Positions 45,756-56,828 of a stretch of DNA of 64,000 bases are shown in pieces (positions within the stretch are counted from its first letter, which is position 1; every line of letters begins with the position of its first letter). Both the position numbers and the translations under genes were made by a program. Where the stretch lies: positions 1-64,000 of IMG/VR virus record IMGVR_UViG_3300038465_000091. One strand, written 5' to 3'. The notes beneath the pieces were generated by a model. It searched no databases, had not been told where the DNA came from, and saw only the letters and a program-made list of their open reading frames with translations.

Positions 45756-46262
45756 ATGGGACGTTCCCTTGAAAAATATGGGATTTCTACGGAAGAGGCC
45801 CGAGCGCGGCGGGCGGCGGGGTTCCTGTGGTGTGGCACGTGCAAACGATTCCGCAAGAAGGGGGGATTTTACGGTCCCCGAAATACCAGTGCGTGTAAGG
45901 TCTGTAGAAAAACACTGAAGTTTCGAAAATACAATCGTGACCTGTACCTAAAAAACGCCTACCATCATTGGACCAGCCGCCTTCAATCTCAATTTAACAT
46001 AAGCGAAGAGTGGTACAACATCCAATTATCTGAACAAGGCGACGTGTGCGCGACTTGCAAAAAGCCCAATTCCAACGGGCGTAGATTGGCCGTAGACCAT
46101 GACCGTAGGTGTTGCCCCGGACGAAAATCGTGTGGAAAATGTGTTCGCGGTCTGCTGTGCCACCCATGTAACATCGCTCTTGAGCGTCTCGAATCAACCC
46201 CAACGTGGGTATCAAACGCTCAACAATACCTACGTGCCCACACTACTGAGACCAAATCTTAG
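45756..46262 (+). CDS. Endonuclease VII-like HNH protein
   Basis: CATC...LAVDHD...VRGLLCHPCN; opposite orientation to its neighbours. Confidence 0.9.
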   Translation: MGRSLEKYGISTEEARARRAAGFLWCGTCKRFRKKGGFYGPRNTSACKVCRKTLKFRKYNRDLYLKNAYHHWTSRLQSQFNISEEWYNIQLSEQGDVCATCKKPNSNGRRLAVDHDRRCCPGRKSCGKCVRGLLCHPCNIALERLESTPTWVSNAQQYLRAHTTETKS

Positions 46263-47097
46263 ATATCTTGAGGGCGCAAATATACGGGTCACCCTTATGC
46301 ATTCGATATCGGGAAAGTTCCACGATGCTGTCAAAAACGCACCCTATGGGAAGCCGCAATTTTTTCAACATGTTGAATTCACGGGGCTTAAACTTGCCTA
46401 TTTTCCGAGCCGCATATTCATCCCCCTCCCGAGCAAAGACATAAACCACCAGTTCTTTGTACAGGGAATTGAGACGGAGGCTGGGGTTCATTCCACGAGG
46501 AAACCACGTCAAATGGTTGTTCCATGGGTGCGACCAAAACTTGAACGGCGGCGGTTCGGGACCAGTCAACAACCATGCGGCAGCCCAGATCGCCGCGAAC
46601 ACGTCGTCCACTTCCTTGTGGACGCTCAAGTCGCTCATCATTTTGACCATCGCTTCGCCGAACTTCTCCACCGAGGCACGAGCGGGCCGCTCCAGCCGAA
46701 GCAATTCGGCGGCATAGCGAACGATGGCGTTAGCCCCGTCGCTGCCTTTGGTGATCGGGGCGAGAGCCCAAATACCCACGTTCGCTTTTACCTTGGAAGA
46801 CAGATCAATGTCGCGGGAACGCTCGACTCGAAGTAGGGAAGGCTCGTCCTTGCCCAACACCATCTCGTCTTGGACGGTTTCGACCTCAACGCATTTGAGC
46901 TTGAAATGATTCTCTTCCTCGCAACCCTCGGTACAGAAATGTGCGTGGGATAAATAACGCTCCGCGAAGCGGATTTGTGCCGGATCGTCCCCGACAAGAA
47001 TGTTGTGCTGTTTGGGGGTCGGCTTTTCGAGGAGCAGGGGTGTCGAAGGATCGCCCGACACCCGCACCCCGGTTCTCAGTTTTCCTTGTGTGGGCAC
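46243..47097 (-). CDS. Hypothetical protein, weak resemblance to clamp-loader delta (HolA)
   Basis: ILVGDD....RFAE.YL N-terminal pattern; otherwise unsupported. Confidence 0.3.
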   Translation of the reverse strand: MPTQGKLRTGVRVSGDPSTPLLLEKPTPKQHNILVGDDPAQIRFAERYLSHAHFCTEGCEEENHFKLKCVEVETVQDEMVLGKDEPSLLRVERSRDIDLSSKVKANVGIWALAPITKGSDGANAIVRYAAELLRLERPARASVEKFGEAMVKMMSDLSVHKEVDDVFAAIWAAAWLLTGPEPPPFKFWSHPWNNHLTWFPRGMNPSLRLNSLYKELVVYVFAREGDEYAARKIGKFKPREFNMLKKLRLPIGCVFDSIVELSRYRMHKGDPYICALKISKIWSQ

Positions 47098-47115
47098 AAG
47101 GGTATGATACCACAG

Positions 47116-47304
47116 TTACAGCTTTTTGACTGCGGCGGCGGCGTCGGCTGCGACTTTCTTTGCATCGGCCTCGGCTGCTGCCAGCTTTGCCTTGAGCCAC
47201 AAGTAAGCCTTGTGACCTGCGACACCGATTGCAGCGGCGGCGACAGAGTACCAAGTGGCGAAGTCTTTCGCGATCTTTGAGAGTTCTGCTAAGTTGATGG
47301 ACAT
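47116..47304 (-). CDS. Small membrane protein (holin-like)
   Basis: Single TM helix plus a Lys/Ala-rich tail; SD GGAGG. Confidence 0.45.
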   Translation of the reverse strand: MSINLAELSKIAKDFATWYSVAAAAIGVAGHKAYLWLKAKLAAAEADAKKVAADAAAAVKKL

Positions 47305-47447
47305 GGGTTAAGTCCCTCCTAAAATAGGGATTAGGAAGTCCGTTTTGTGGAGGGATCGGGGTAGTTCCAGTACCTATGGACGAGCAGCAAAACCACTGCT
47401 GTTGCAATGGTTTGAGTCACATACCAACCCACGAGGAATGGGGCGTC

Positions 47448-47966
47448 TTATCCGAGAATCCCGAAGGTAGAATCCCTATCAATGTACTCTCCACGTGCGA
47501 CCAGCGTGCCAATGAATTCGTCCCATGTATTGTAGTGCTGGATCGGTTTTATTCCCTCTTGCCGCAGGTCGGGGGGTAGGTCCCTAAGAAACACGAAGAT
47601 CGTATCGAGATTCGAGCGGAGTGCGGGGTCCTCGGGGCCGATCACTATGCACTGGCGTCCCGAGAACAACGCACCACCGAACTCGGCTAAACGGGTGTTA
47701 CGGATGATCGCGGTGCCCGCGCTGAACAGGACTAGAGTGTCGGCGGCTAGGATGTCTCGAATGTCGCGGATAGCGCAACCAAACGCGAATAGCTCACGGC
47801 TCAGATCAGTTGAACCGTCTCTGTTGGTGAGGTTTGTGGAGCCCGTAGAGGACTGCTCGTCATGCCAGCGGGACGTGACGGTCTTGCCGATAGCGCGTAG
47901 TTCTTTGGCGTGTTCTCGGATACGGTCGATCCAGTCAAACGTCGCGGCTAGGTAAATTCTCTGCAA
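47448..47966 (-). CDS. Nucleoside 2-deoxyribosyltransferase-like protein
   Basis: IYLAA, RDIRDILAADTLVLF, LAEFG motifs; TTG start with SD GGAG. Confidence 0.7.
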   Translation of the reverse strand: MQRIYLAATFDWIDRIREHAKELRAIGKTVTSRWHDEQSSTGSTNLTNRDGSTDLSRELFAFGCAIRDIRDILAADTLVLFSAGTAIIRNTRLAEFGGALFSGRQCIVIGPEDPALRSNLDTIFVFLRDLPPDLRQEGIKPIQHYNTWDEFIGTLVARGEYIDRDSTFGILG

Positions 47967-48023
47967 AAAGAAACTCCATGAGGAAGGTCCCCATGGAGTA
48001 CTGATACTGGATTTCTGGGAAAT

Positions 48024-48398
48024 TTAGGAATGGGCGGCATTGTACGCGGCGAATGCCATTCCGCCGAGAAGCGTTACAACCGTCCAAGAATAAACGAGTA
48101 TCGCCATAGTAGCGTGCGACACGCCTTGGTTGGTGGTGCCGTCATGGGAAACCACTACGACGAGCATGATAGCCATCGCTATAACAAATGCCACGACTCC
48201 AGCGAGCATAATGCCGCTGATAAATCCGATGCCCACGGCGCGTGCCTTGGACATGGTGTCGTTGTTATTCCAAACATTGACATTGGGTTCGACGGACAAA
48301 ACCTGCGATCCCGGTACTCCAGAGCCGTCAGTGTATGTCCTAACCCTGAATTTGCCGCCTTGGGCGAGTAGCGTTTGCATTTCAGTTGTGGGTTCCAT
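48024..48398 (-). CDS. Membrane protein, hypothetical
   Basis: Two TM helices; leaderless-type promoter. Confidence 0.7.
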   Translation of the reverse strand: MEPTTEMQTLLAQGGKFRVRTYTDGSGVPGSQVLSVEPNVNVWNNNDTMSKARAVGIGFISGIMLAGVVAFVIAMAIMLVVVVSHDGTTNQGVSHATMAILVYSWTVVTLLGGMAFAAYNAAHS

Positions 48399-48477
48399 AC
48401 CCCTATTATACCCAAAACGAAGGCGAAATCTATAGTAATTTTTGACTTATATTTGTTTTGTTTTCAATAGGTTACGT

Positions 48478-49188
48478 TCATGACATACTGAGCTTGGGTT
48501 TGGCATTTTGGAAGCGGGTGTGAGCCTTGCCCATCTCCGAAACGAACCTCTGGGCGTCTACCATGTGCAGGAAAACCCGCTTGCCGAGGGGCGTCAGGGC
48601 GATGGTGGGGCGCTTCGTACCATAGTAGTCCGCCTCTTTCATCACGCTGACGATGCCGTACTGCTTGCCGACCGCGATGATGGCATCCGCCAGATCGGTG
48701 CAGACCTGTCGTTTGATCGCCTGCTCTTTCCCGGGAGCGGCCTTGGACGTTATCGTCAAACTTTTCTCCATTGGCTCCACAAGATATTTGTGACGCGGGT
48801 GATTGAGTTCGTCGAGCAGGAGCAGAAGCATGTGTCGCAGCACGGGTTCGAGATGCGGCTGCATTCGTTTAAGTTCTTCGACGATGAGTCCACCGACGAG
48901 AATCGCAACGCCGAAAGTCGCTCCCCATTTTGTGCCGTTCATCAGGGCATCGGGCTCCGCACTCATCTCCGACATGGTTGGGTAGTTGGCGTACTTCGTG
49001 AGAAGCTTGCGCTCCTCGGCGACGAACACGGGTGCGGCTTTCGGGTTACCCATGCCATCCGTGGCGATGGAAAGCATTTCGTTCTTCGCTCGGTCGGTCA
49101 CGGTCTTTTGGATGAAAAGAATTTTCTTGAGATCATCTATACTGCTAATCGGCACTAGCGGTCTGTCGGATTGGATTCTGCTGTCCAT
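48478..49188 (-). CDS. Hypothetical protein
   Basis: 236-aa ORF with SD GAGG. Confidence 0.7.
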   Translation of the reverse strand: MDSRIQSDRPLVPISSIDDLKKILFIQKTVTDRAKNEMLSIATDGMGNPKAAPVFVAEERKLLTKYANYPTMSEMSAEPDALMNGTKWGATFGVAILVGGLIVEELKRMQPHLEPVLRHMLLLLLDELNHPRHKYLVEPMEKSLTITSKAAPGKEQAIKRQVCTDLADAIIAVGKQYGIVSVMKEADYYGTKRPTIALTPLGKRVFLHMVDAQRFVSEMGKAHTRFQNAKPKLSMS

Positions 49189-49376
49189 GTTTTGTCCTCT
49201 AAATACAGAATACGATAATTACGCGAACTTTGCCCTACCTAACCCTCTTATGAATGACCATCTAAAAAACACGAGGTAACGCCATGACAGACTTGAGGAT
49301 GCAGTTTTGGATCATTTTGTACCGTCTGTTCGGCAAGGCAGGAAATTTCTGTCTTGGAATGGCGATCCGTATCAAA

Positions 49377-50362
49377 CTAAGCTCTCAACATCCGTCGTAA
49401 ATAATTCACAGTTGATGGAATAGACTTACAAATTTCAGGTGAGCGGTCCCCGACTGTGATGACGAAGTGCGCTCCCGCGTACACGTCCACAAACCATGTA
49501 AGTCCCTGAGTCTGGCTTTGCAGCCGATAGTTCGGTACGTTGTTCGTCGAGTACCGCCATCCCTCCTGAATATCCGAATCCATGGGGATCGTGTTCGTCA
49601 ACACGGTCTTGACTAGGCCGAGGTCACGAGGGTGGGGGAATCGGGGGCGTCCTTTCCTCACGGATTACGCTCCGAATACGTGCAGGGGTCGGGATAAAAT
49701 TCTTTGCGCCCACCCGGCCAAATGGCGAACTTCCCGCGATACATCGGCAGGCGAACCCACAGCTTACGTCCTGAGTCCTTGCAGAAGGCGACTGCCGCTT
49801 CTGCGGTCAGCATTGAACGGGGGCTCTTGCGGCTACCGTATTTCTTCTCGTCGGGGGTCATACCAGATAATACCTAATATTTGACGTAATTGACCAATGC
49901 GGGATCAAGATCATCGATACCCACGGTGTCACGAGCCTGCTTTGGCGGGGTGTAGATCAACGGGAACGGAGCCTTGCCGTTATACTGGCGTGCCGTCCAG
50001 TCGATGACCACACCTTCGACGTAGTTCACGCAGTGCCCCTCGAAAACAATATTCGGATACCACTCAGGGCAGAAGTAGCGGTCGTGCATTTCATCCAGCA
50101 CAATATCCCACGTGCTGCACTTGAGACCGTCCTCAATCGCCAGCCTGCGAAAAGCGTAGCTGGCGTCCGTGCAGCACCCCTTAGCCGACTCGTGCTTCGA
50201 CAACTCGGGGTTACCCTGCTTGAAGTTCTCGATGAGTCGCTGGAGCCGCTTACTGAGTTTCATTAGGCAGCCGCCGCCATCGCCTTTGGCTTCTCTTCGC
50301 GGGGCAGACCCATGCACTCTGGGTCGTGCTTTCGCAGGACGTTGTACGTAATAGTCGTGCAT
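49377..50362 (-). CDS. Three small hypothetical genes (49377-49661, 49658-49861, 49874-50362)
   Basis: Tandem ORFs in a common orientation. Confidence 0.5.
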
Positions 50363-50453
50363 TGGTCGATAAATCCGAAACGCTCTCTTGATCGGCGATC
50401 ACCTGTCGGCGGCATAATATTCTCCTCAGTTTAAAATGCGGGGAGGAATCTTG

Positions 50454-52175
50454 TTAAAAGCTGGATGCAAAATCAGGTGCTTCCATTCCGATGATTGAAT
50501 CTGTCCACCATTTCGACAATTGGATGCTGGTCGAAGTCGTGCACTGATTCTTGTTGTAGAAATCGCGAAACCCTTCGTCCAGAATGTAGGTGTGAGCCTT
50601 GTCCGTCATGCTGCGGACTACGCGACCCGTCGCCTGCTCCAGAACCAGAGCCGTCAGCCATTGATACCATGCGGGGTCGCGATCCATGCGAGCCTTCACG
50701 TAGGGGTCCATGAACGGGTACGGCACCTTCGTGACGACGCAGAACCGAGCCAAGTCTTCTTTCAAGTCCAGACCTTCCGTCATACTTGGAGAGAAGAGGA
50801 CGGTCGGTTCTGGACTTGAAATGTGCTCCACCACTGCGCGATCACGCGAACCCTTCGAATTGTCGTGGGTGATGATACGATACCCAAATTCAGCTTTCAG
50901 GAAATCCACAAAATAGCGGTTGTTCTCGTAGCTGTGTGTGTGGATGATGCCTTTCTTGGTCGCATACTTCCGAAGAATTTTCGCCATGAAATCCGCCATC
51001 TTCGGCATGGTGTTCTTCTTGAAGCGGAAGCCCATGTTACCGCAGGGCTTGAAGAAAATCGGACGATGCTCCAGTGGGAATTCACTGTCAACCGCGAGGC
51101 ACTCAGCCTGCGCGGGATCGATACCCAGATTCCGCATGAAGGTCGGGAAGTCCAGAATCGTCGCGCTCATCAGCAGGACTTTGGCAGCCTTGCTGAATAG
51201 GATATCGTTAGCGAACAGGGTAGCGGTCAACGGCTTGATGGCGAGGTCGGTCGTGCCCTTGCGCTTTTCCGCGTCCCAATCGCTCCATGCCAGCCAGTCG
51301 CGGCGATCTTCGGAGTTCAGGAAGAAATTGATCTTGCCCATGAAACGCTCAGCCGCCTGCACTTTCTTGAGCAGCTTTACGGCGAGTTCTTTATCGCCAG
51401 TCTCTTTGGCAACGCTGATCTGCGACTTGAGATTGCGCTTGTGAGTCTCGTAGGCGGGCACGAAATCGGCGTGCAGCCAGTTCGCCACATCTTCGTTGTA
51501 GCCCGCTTCGAAGATCGGCAAACCGCCGACCACACCGTATTCCTCGCACCGACGCTTGTCGATGACGGTATCCGTGAAGCCCAGAATCTTGCCTTCGGCG
51601 TTGTGCGCTTCGTCGAGCACCAGCATGTTGCGGTTCTTCAACTGCCCCGCGTGCATGGTCTCGTTCAAGTAGTAGTCGAAGTTGGTGACGCCCATCGGGG
51701 TCGATTGGAAGATGCGCTTCGCGGGCTTGTAGCCAGTGCAAGTCTCGGCGTTGTGCTCTTCTTCGTAGAGCATCGCTGCGGTTTCGCAATCGATTTCCAT
51801 ACCAGCCTGCTCAGTGAAGCCGTGGCAGGTGTAGTTCGCCTGACCCCTAAGCTCCACGAGGCCGTTGTTGGCGAAGTCATCCACATACTGCTTGGTCAGG
51901 ACTTTCTGCGGGGAGAGGATGTAGCCGCCCTTCTCGTAAACTTCGCTGTCGTGGGTGTTCAAGGTCTTAGCCCAAGAGCAAGCGGCGATGCCGATGCCTG
52001 ATTTTCCGACGCCCGTAGGACATTCCGCAATATAGAACTTTTTGTTGTTGTCGCGGAAAGCGGACTGGAGACCCGTCATGGCTTGGGTCTGATTTTTCCG
52101 TTGGGTTGGGAATGGAAAGTGGGCGGTGATGTCCGTCGAAAATTCGTGGTTCAGGTTTTTATCTACGGTTGGCAT
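50454..52175 (-). CDS. DinG/XPD-like SF2 helicase
   Basis: ECPTGVGKS, LRGQANYTC, VLDEAHN, MSATI, EGLD, QATGRVVR motifs. Confidence 0.93.
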   Translation of the reverse strand: MPTVDKNLNHEFSTDITAHFPFPTQRKNQTQAMTGLQSAFRDNNKKFYIAECPTGVGKSGIGIAACSWAKTLNTHDSEVYEKGGYILSPQKVLTKQYVDDFANNGLVELRGQANYTCHGFTEQAGMEIDCETAAMLYEEEHNAETCTGYKPAKRIFQSTPMGVTNFDYYLNETMHAGQLKNRNMLVLDEAHNAEGKILGFTDTVIDKRRCEEYGVVGGLPIFEAGYNEDVANWLHADFVPAYETHKRNLKSQISVAKETGDKELAVKLLKKVQAAERFMGKINFFLNSEDRRDWLAWSDWDAEKRKGTTDLAIKPLTATLFANDILFSKAAKVLLMSATILDFPTFMRNLGIDPAQAECLAVDSEFPLEHRPIFFKPCGNMGFRFKKNTMPKMADFMAKILRKYATKKGIIHTHSYENNRYFVDFLKAEFGYRIITHDNSKGSRDRAVVEHISSPEPTVLFSPSMTEGLDLKEDLARFCVVTKVPYPFMDPYVKARMDRDPAWYQWLTALVLEQATGRVVRSMTDKAHTYILDEGFRDFYNKNQCTTSTSIQLSKWWTDSIIGMEAPDFASSF

Positions 52176-52190
52176 CTTCTCTCCACCCCT

Positions 52191-52224
52191 ATTATACCCA
52201 AAAGGGAGTCAAAACCGATAGGAA
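52191..52224 (-). promoter_or_regulatory. Phage promoter TTCCTATC-N20-TATAAT
   Basis: Fixed-spacing motif. Confidence 0.7.
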
Positions 52225-52256
52225 TTTCAAACTTTATTATGTTTATTATCAATAAC

Positions 52257-52922
52257 TTACGGTAGGAAAATGCGAAAACAATCGGACGTACACTGATAAT
52301 TGGCGATCTGTCCATTGTCACACACGCCCCGCTCATCGTCGGTCAGGAAGTCGCGGATATTGTCGCGGGTATCTTCGATTTGTGTCCTGAAAAAATCATC
52401 GGAAACCTGTCCGGGGTAGGTAGCCATGAGCCCCTTAAGTCTGAATAAATAGTGTTGGCACACGTCCGTTGGCAAGTGACTAGTGGTCGAGCATTTACGC
52501 AGGAGTAACAACGCCTCGCCCATGCGTTGCTGCGGATCGTCCAAATGATTGTACAGGCAACCGAGTTTGGCCCACAACTTCTGGGGGTCGGATAATTCTT
52601 CCCATCGCGGAGCGAGTTTTGAACCGATCACCAGAATCACGTCCTCGTACATCTCTTCGGCCCGCAGGTACCGCTCACAGGCTTTGAACTCTTCCGCGTC
52701 CATGGCAAGGAATCGCTCGCGACGGCGAGCCTTTTCCTGTTGAACAACAGTAACTTGACAGGCGGCATCCCCTGCGTTACCCATTGCTGCGAGGTGGAGT
52801 TGGTGGTAGGGGAGAAGACGGAGGGATGTCTCGTCAAATCTTTTGTCCTGTTCGATCAGGTCGATGCGGAGATCGTAGAAATCCCGCCGCGCACCCCCGT
52901 ATGATTCGACATCAACCTTCAT
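52257..52922 (-). CDS. Hypothetical protein
   Basis: 221-aa ORF; ATG 5 nt after TATTAT. Confidence 0.7.
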   Translation of the reverse strand: MKVDVESYGGARRDFYDLRIDLIEQDKRFDETSLRLLPYHQLHLAAMGNAGDAACQVTVVQQEKARRRERFLAMDAEEFKACERYLRAEEMYEDVILVIGSKLAPRWEELSDPQKLWAKLGCLYNHLDDPQQRMGEALLLLRKCSTTSHLPTDVCQHYLFRLKGLMATYPGQVSDDFFRTQIEDTRDNIRDFLTDDERGVCDNGQIANYQCTSDCFRIFLP

Positions 52923-53037
52923 ACAGGATAATACTGAATTACGAGACGGTGTAGAATGTGCTTGGCGAAGACTGATTGTTGTACTCCGCAGTTTCGATCT
53001 GAACTAATACGGGAAACGTGGCAAAAGTGTCTATTTA

Positions 53038-56000
53038 TTACACCTGTCCAATCACGACATAATTGAAAATTACGTTAGCTAAGGGAGCGGTGCCAACATT
53101 AACGGTGAAACCCGTCCACGCATTCGTTGCGCCTTGGTATGTAATCCAAATCGGATTCGCCGCGCCCAGATTTGATGTCGGAGTCACAACCAATATAGGC
53201 TGTCCCGCGCCTGTGTAATTGTTTACAAAACTGTACACAACGGTCGTGTTGCCTGAAAGCAGCGTCACCTGACCTGCGAAGTCCGTGTTGGCCGCTGGCG
53301 AATCCGCTTCGATAACGTTGTTTGGGCTAGTGTACCCATACGGAGTGTGACGAATAGCCTGAAGGCGACTGCCCACATCCACAGCACCGAGAACGTTCTG
53401 CTCTTGCGGGTTGACCTCATAAATAGCAAACCGCTTCGTTGCGCTGCCAACGTTCTGTCTCTGAATATAGATGTTGAACGAGTTGGTAATCGTACCCGAT
53501 GGGTCGCCGTTAGAAGTCAAAAATATACCATAGGCGTTGTCCATGTGGCTTCCACTGACAGACTGACCGATGTCCAGAACAAGTGCGGCGGCATTCGGTA
53601 CAGACGCGCCGTGGAAGTTGTTGACACTGATCGCCGCGCCAACGAGCCCGTACCACGGGCTTGATCCCGGTGAAGTTATGTTACCCGTGTTTTCATGATT
53701 TGTTCTGACGCGCAATCCAGTGACGCCTTGCGGAAACACCTGTGCTCCACTCACAGTAATTCCCGTTGATTGAATTGCCTGTACAACATCGAGGCCAGAA
53801 ATAAACTGATTGCCTGTGAACGGATTGCACTGCGAGAGGATACTGGCGCTATTGACTACCGAGTAACTGATTCCAGACCCGGAGTCCGCTGTCGGCCCGT
53901 AATCCGCATGAGTAAATGCTGCTTCGAACTGCGTACCTGACAGTCCTGTGGGAAGCACTACCACTGTGTGACGGTTCAAAAAGGTTGCCGCAGACAAGCC
54001 TGCAAACAGGCCAATTTCAACTCTATCTCCAGCGGACAGTGTGTTGACTGCTTGGAATGTCGCGATGTTGCTGGTAATCTGAATGCTCGTGATGCTCACA
54101 AACTGCGACGGCAGCGAATTTGTGGTGACAAACCTGTACCCAGAATAGGCTTGATAGGTGGCTAACTCTGAAAGCGTTGTCGGATCGAGTTGGTAGTCGG
54201 GCTTGCCTCCAAGTATCACCCCGCTTGTTTCGCCGACACCTAGAACGGTGAGAGCAGCGACGGCACCACCAGCTAAAGGCGTAATGTTCACGTCACCAAA
54301 GCTGTCTACCGAAACTACGGGGGTGCTGGGGGTTCCGTTTGAAAACCAATCTTGAATATCGCTTGCTGAGGCGTCACCCGTAACAGACAATGTTACGAAC
54401 GTGCCCGCTCCTCCACCACCCCCTGCGGGAATAGGAGCCGCTGAGAATAACCCCGTGCTCGCGTTATAACCAGTGAGGTACTCGTATTCTGGAGGTGAAC
54501 CCGCCAGAGTTGGGGCGAACGTTTGAGCTAAAACAAGGGCGACCCACTGAGTTCCCGTTACCGTGGAGCTAAGTACTTGTCCGCTGGTTCCGACCGAACT
54601 CGTGCTGTCCTTCAACGTGCCAGTCAAAGCTATGTTTGCGACAGCCAACGTACCACTTGCATCATTGCTCTGCCCGATAGACAGCGTGCCGGTGGGGTTC
54701 TCATAAATAGTGGTTCCAGTCGTGAGCTTTAGAGAGCGTTGGGAAGCAAAGTACGTTTGGCTCGGAGTGATGTCCAAAGCTATTGCTCCGTTGACGACCA
54801 GTGCTAACCCCCCGGCACCGTTGTTCACTCCCATTCCGTAATTTGTTTTACCAGCAACGGTAAAAGAGAACGCTGGGTTGGTAAGCGTTCCCGCTGTGGA
54901 TGCTTCAAACGTTGAAGCCTGTACTATTCCGCTTGCGTTTATCGCCGCAGCGGTCGCAGTACCAGTGAAAGCTGGACTGGCAAGTGTGGTGATAACGCCG
55001 GTGCTGCCGTATACGGATGTAACGCCTCCTCCGCCGCCTCCTGTCGCGGGCTGCCATACGGGTAGCCCAGCAACTACAGTCAATACCTGACCCGTTGTAC
55101 CGATGGGCAAACGCAGTGGGCCAAGCACTGGGGGAGAACCCGCCAGCCCTTCGTAAATCATATCCCCATCAGCGGTCATAGGATTAACGAAGGTGCCGCT
55201 AAGTATGCCCTCCAAGGAGACGCCCGAATCCTGTGTGTTACCAAGTTCATCGAATGTGACAATATCGCCAGCAGTGATGGCACCAGACCCAGATGGGACC
55301 GTGACGGCGGTAGCGGCTGAAATAGAGACTGCCCCATTGCCCCCACCCACGGCAAGAGCGCGACCTGTCAGGATGCCGCCGCCCAACGTGATCGAGGCAT
55401 ACGCCAAAATGTTTCCAACCATAGTGCTTGTGGCAACCGATGTGAATGAGCTTCCGACGCACCAAACTACGTTGGCTGCTTGAGCACCGTTGACCAAAAG
55501 AATTGACGCCCCGCTTTCGAGCGTGACGGTGGAGGCTGCGATAAACACAAAGATCGCGTTCGGATCGCCCTGAGCGTCAAGGGTGATCGTAGTCGGGATG
55601 TCCAATGCTCCACCAGAGAACACGCCCGCGTGATACACGCCGACGCCGCCCCCACCATCGTTCGTGGATAGGTTGGCGAGGCCCGTCTGAGTCGGGGTCA
55701 GTCCGCTGTAGTAGGTATACGCCGCCTGACCCGCAGTACGTGCCGCAGGAGCGTCGGTGTTGTCCACCGTAGCGGTAGGTGGGTTGAACCCCGTAATACT
55801 CATGGTCGGGGCAGAACCAATCTTGCCGCCTGTTATTGAAGTCGCGGGCGCTGCGTTTGTGATCCCGCTGTACGCCAGCAAAGCGTAGTTCGCGGACGAG
55901 CCGAGTTGCGTAGTGACTGGGGACGGAGGCGGTGCACCACTCGTCAACTGAACAAAAGCACCTGTGCCCTGCACGCTGCAAATCTGGGACGTTGCGAGAC

Positions 56001-56238
56001 AGCCCGAGATTTGAGTGAAATTAGTGCTGCCCACAAACAGTGACGAATCGATGACGCCACTAGGGTTGAGAACCACGGGAACGCCCGCTGATGCGGCCCC
56101 TAGCGACTGTACTGTAACACCATCGACAGCCGTAACGATATCAATCAGGTTTGATCCTGTTTGATTCGGCACAATCGGTGCTGCCACATCCTGATTAGGG
56201 TTTATGTTAAAGACGCAGATTCGCGTAGGACCATTCAT
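53038..56238 (-). CDS. Tail-fibre/virion protein with DUF3494 ice-binding-like domain
   Basis: Gly/Thr/Ser-rich modules; LGSSANYALLA.SGITN, GVY, TITLDAQGDPNAIFVF, NGAQAANVVW.VGSS, GNILA..SITL..G.LTGRALA motifs. Confidence 0.8.
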   Translation of the reverse strand: MNGPTRICVFNINPNQDVAAPIVPNQTGSNLIDIVTAVDGVTVQSLGAASAGVPVVLNPSGVIDSSLFVGSTNFTQISGCLATSQICSVQGTGAFVQLTSGAPPPSPVTTQLGSSANYALLAYSGITNAAPATSITGGKIGSAPTMSITGFNPPTATVDNTDAPAARTAGQAAYTYYSGLTPTQTGLANLSTNDGGGGVGVYHAGVFSGGALDIPTTITLDAQGDPNAIFVFIAASTVTLESGASILLVNGAQAANVVWCVGSSFTSVATSTMVGNILAYASITLGGGILTGRALAVGGGNGAVSISAATAVTVPSGSGAITAGDIVTFDELGNTQDSGVSLEGILSGTFVNPMTADGDMIYEGLAGSPPVLGPLRLPIGTTGQVLTVVAGLPVWQPATGGGGGGVTSVYGSTGVITTLASPAFTGTATAAAINASGIVQASTFEASTAGTLTNPAFSFTVAGKTNYGMGVNNGAGGLALVVNGAIALDITPSQTYFASQRSLKLTTGTTIYENPTGTLSIGQSNDASGTLAVANIALTGTLKDSTSSVGTSGQVLSSTVTGTQWVALVLAQTFAPTLAGSPPEYEYLTGYNASTGLFSAAPIPAGGGGGAGTFVTLSVTGDASASDIQDWFSNGTPSTPVVSVDSFGDVNITPLAGGAVAALTVLGVGETSGVILGGKPDYQLDPTTLSELATYQAYSGYRFVTTNSLPSQFVSITSIQITSNIATFQAVNTLSAGDRVEIGLFAGLSAATFLNRHTVVVLPTGLSGTQFEAAFTHADYGPTADSGSGISYSVVNSASILSQCNPFTGNQFISGLDVVQAIQSTGITVSGAQVFPQGVTGLRVRTNHENTGNITSPGSSPWYGLVGAAISVNNFHGASVPNAAALVLDIGQSVSGSHMDNAYGIFLTSNGDPSGTITNSFNIYIQRQNVGSATKRFAIYEVNPQEQNVLGAVDVGSRLQAIRHTPYGYTSPNNVIEADSPAANTDFAGQVTLLSGNTTVVYSFVNNYTGAGQPILVVTPTSNLGAANPIWITYQGATNAWTGFTVNVGTAPLANVIFNYVVIGQV

Positions 56239-56828
56239 TATCTAGCCACTCCTGTACGAGCTAATCGATTTTCTCTAAACTGCCGCAACGCCGCCGTCAT
56301 ACATACCCACTCTTCATAGGTGTAGCGGTGTGCTTTACCGTGGTTACAAACCCCACAGCAAACGACAAGGTTGCTTTTGACGTATTCCAAACCATTGTCC
56401 TTACGGTCGAGATAGTACCTTCCATAGGTTTGCCTGTCGCTATAAGGCATCCATGTGATGTGAGCCCCGCAATAATGACATTCGTTGATTTTCGTGAATT
56501 CTAAAAATTCCCCGAACGATAAATCAACGACTCTGACTTTTCTGCGTGTGCGATGAACAAGAGCGTTGTAAGCGTGCTCAAATGGAAGGAATTCACTTCG
56601 CTTGGCTTCCGAAGTACGCTCCCGTTGCAAACAGCCGCAACTTTCAGTGTTGGGTCGTGCCCCCTTCCTTCCCAAATTAGTCCCAAAAACTTCTGTCAAG
56701 TTGCCGCAGACGCACTCACACGAATACTTGGCGGGCTTCCCCTTGTCCGATACCCGAGCAAGTACCTTCAGTCTACCGAACGGCTTTCCGATCTTGGTGT
56801 CTATTTTCATCTGTTCCTCGCAGGCCAC
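56238..56828 (-). CDS. HNH homing endonuclease
   Basis: IGKPFGRLKV, CHYCG...LDRKDNGLEYVKSNLVVCCGVCNHGK. Confidence 0.88.
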   Translation of the reverse strand: MACEEQMKIDTKIGKPFGRLKVLARVSDKGKPAKYSCECVCGNLTEVFGTNLGRKGARPNTESCGCLQRERTSEAKRSEFLPFEHAYNALVHRTRRKVRVVDLSFGEFLEFTKINECHYCGAHITWMPYSDRQTYGRYYLDRKDNGLEYVKSNLVVCCGVCNHGKAHRYTYEEWVCMTAALRQFRENRLARTGVAR

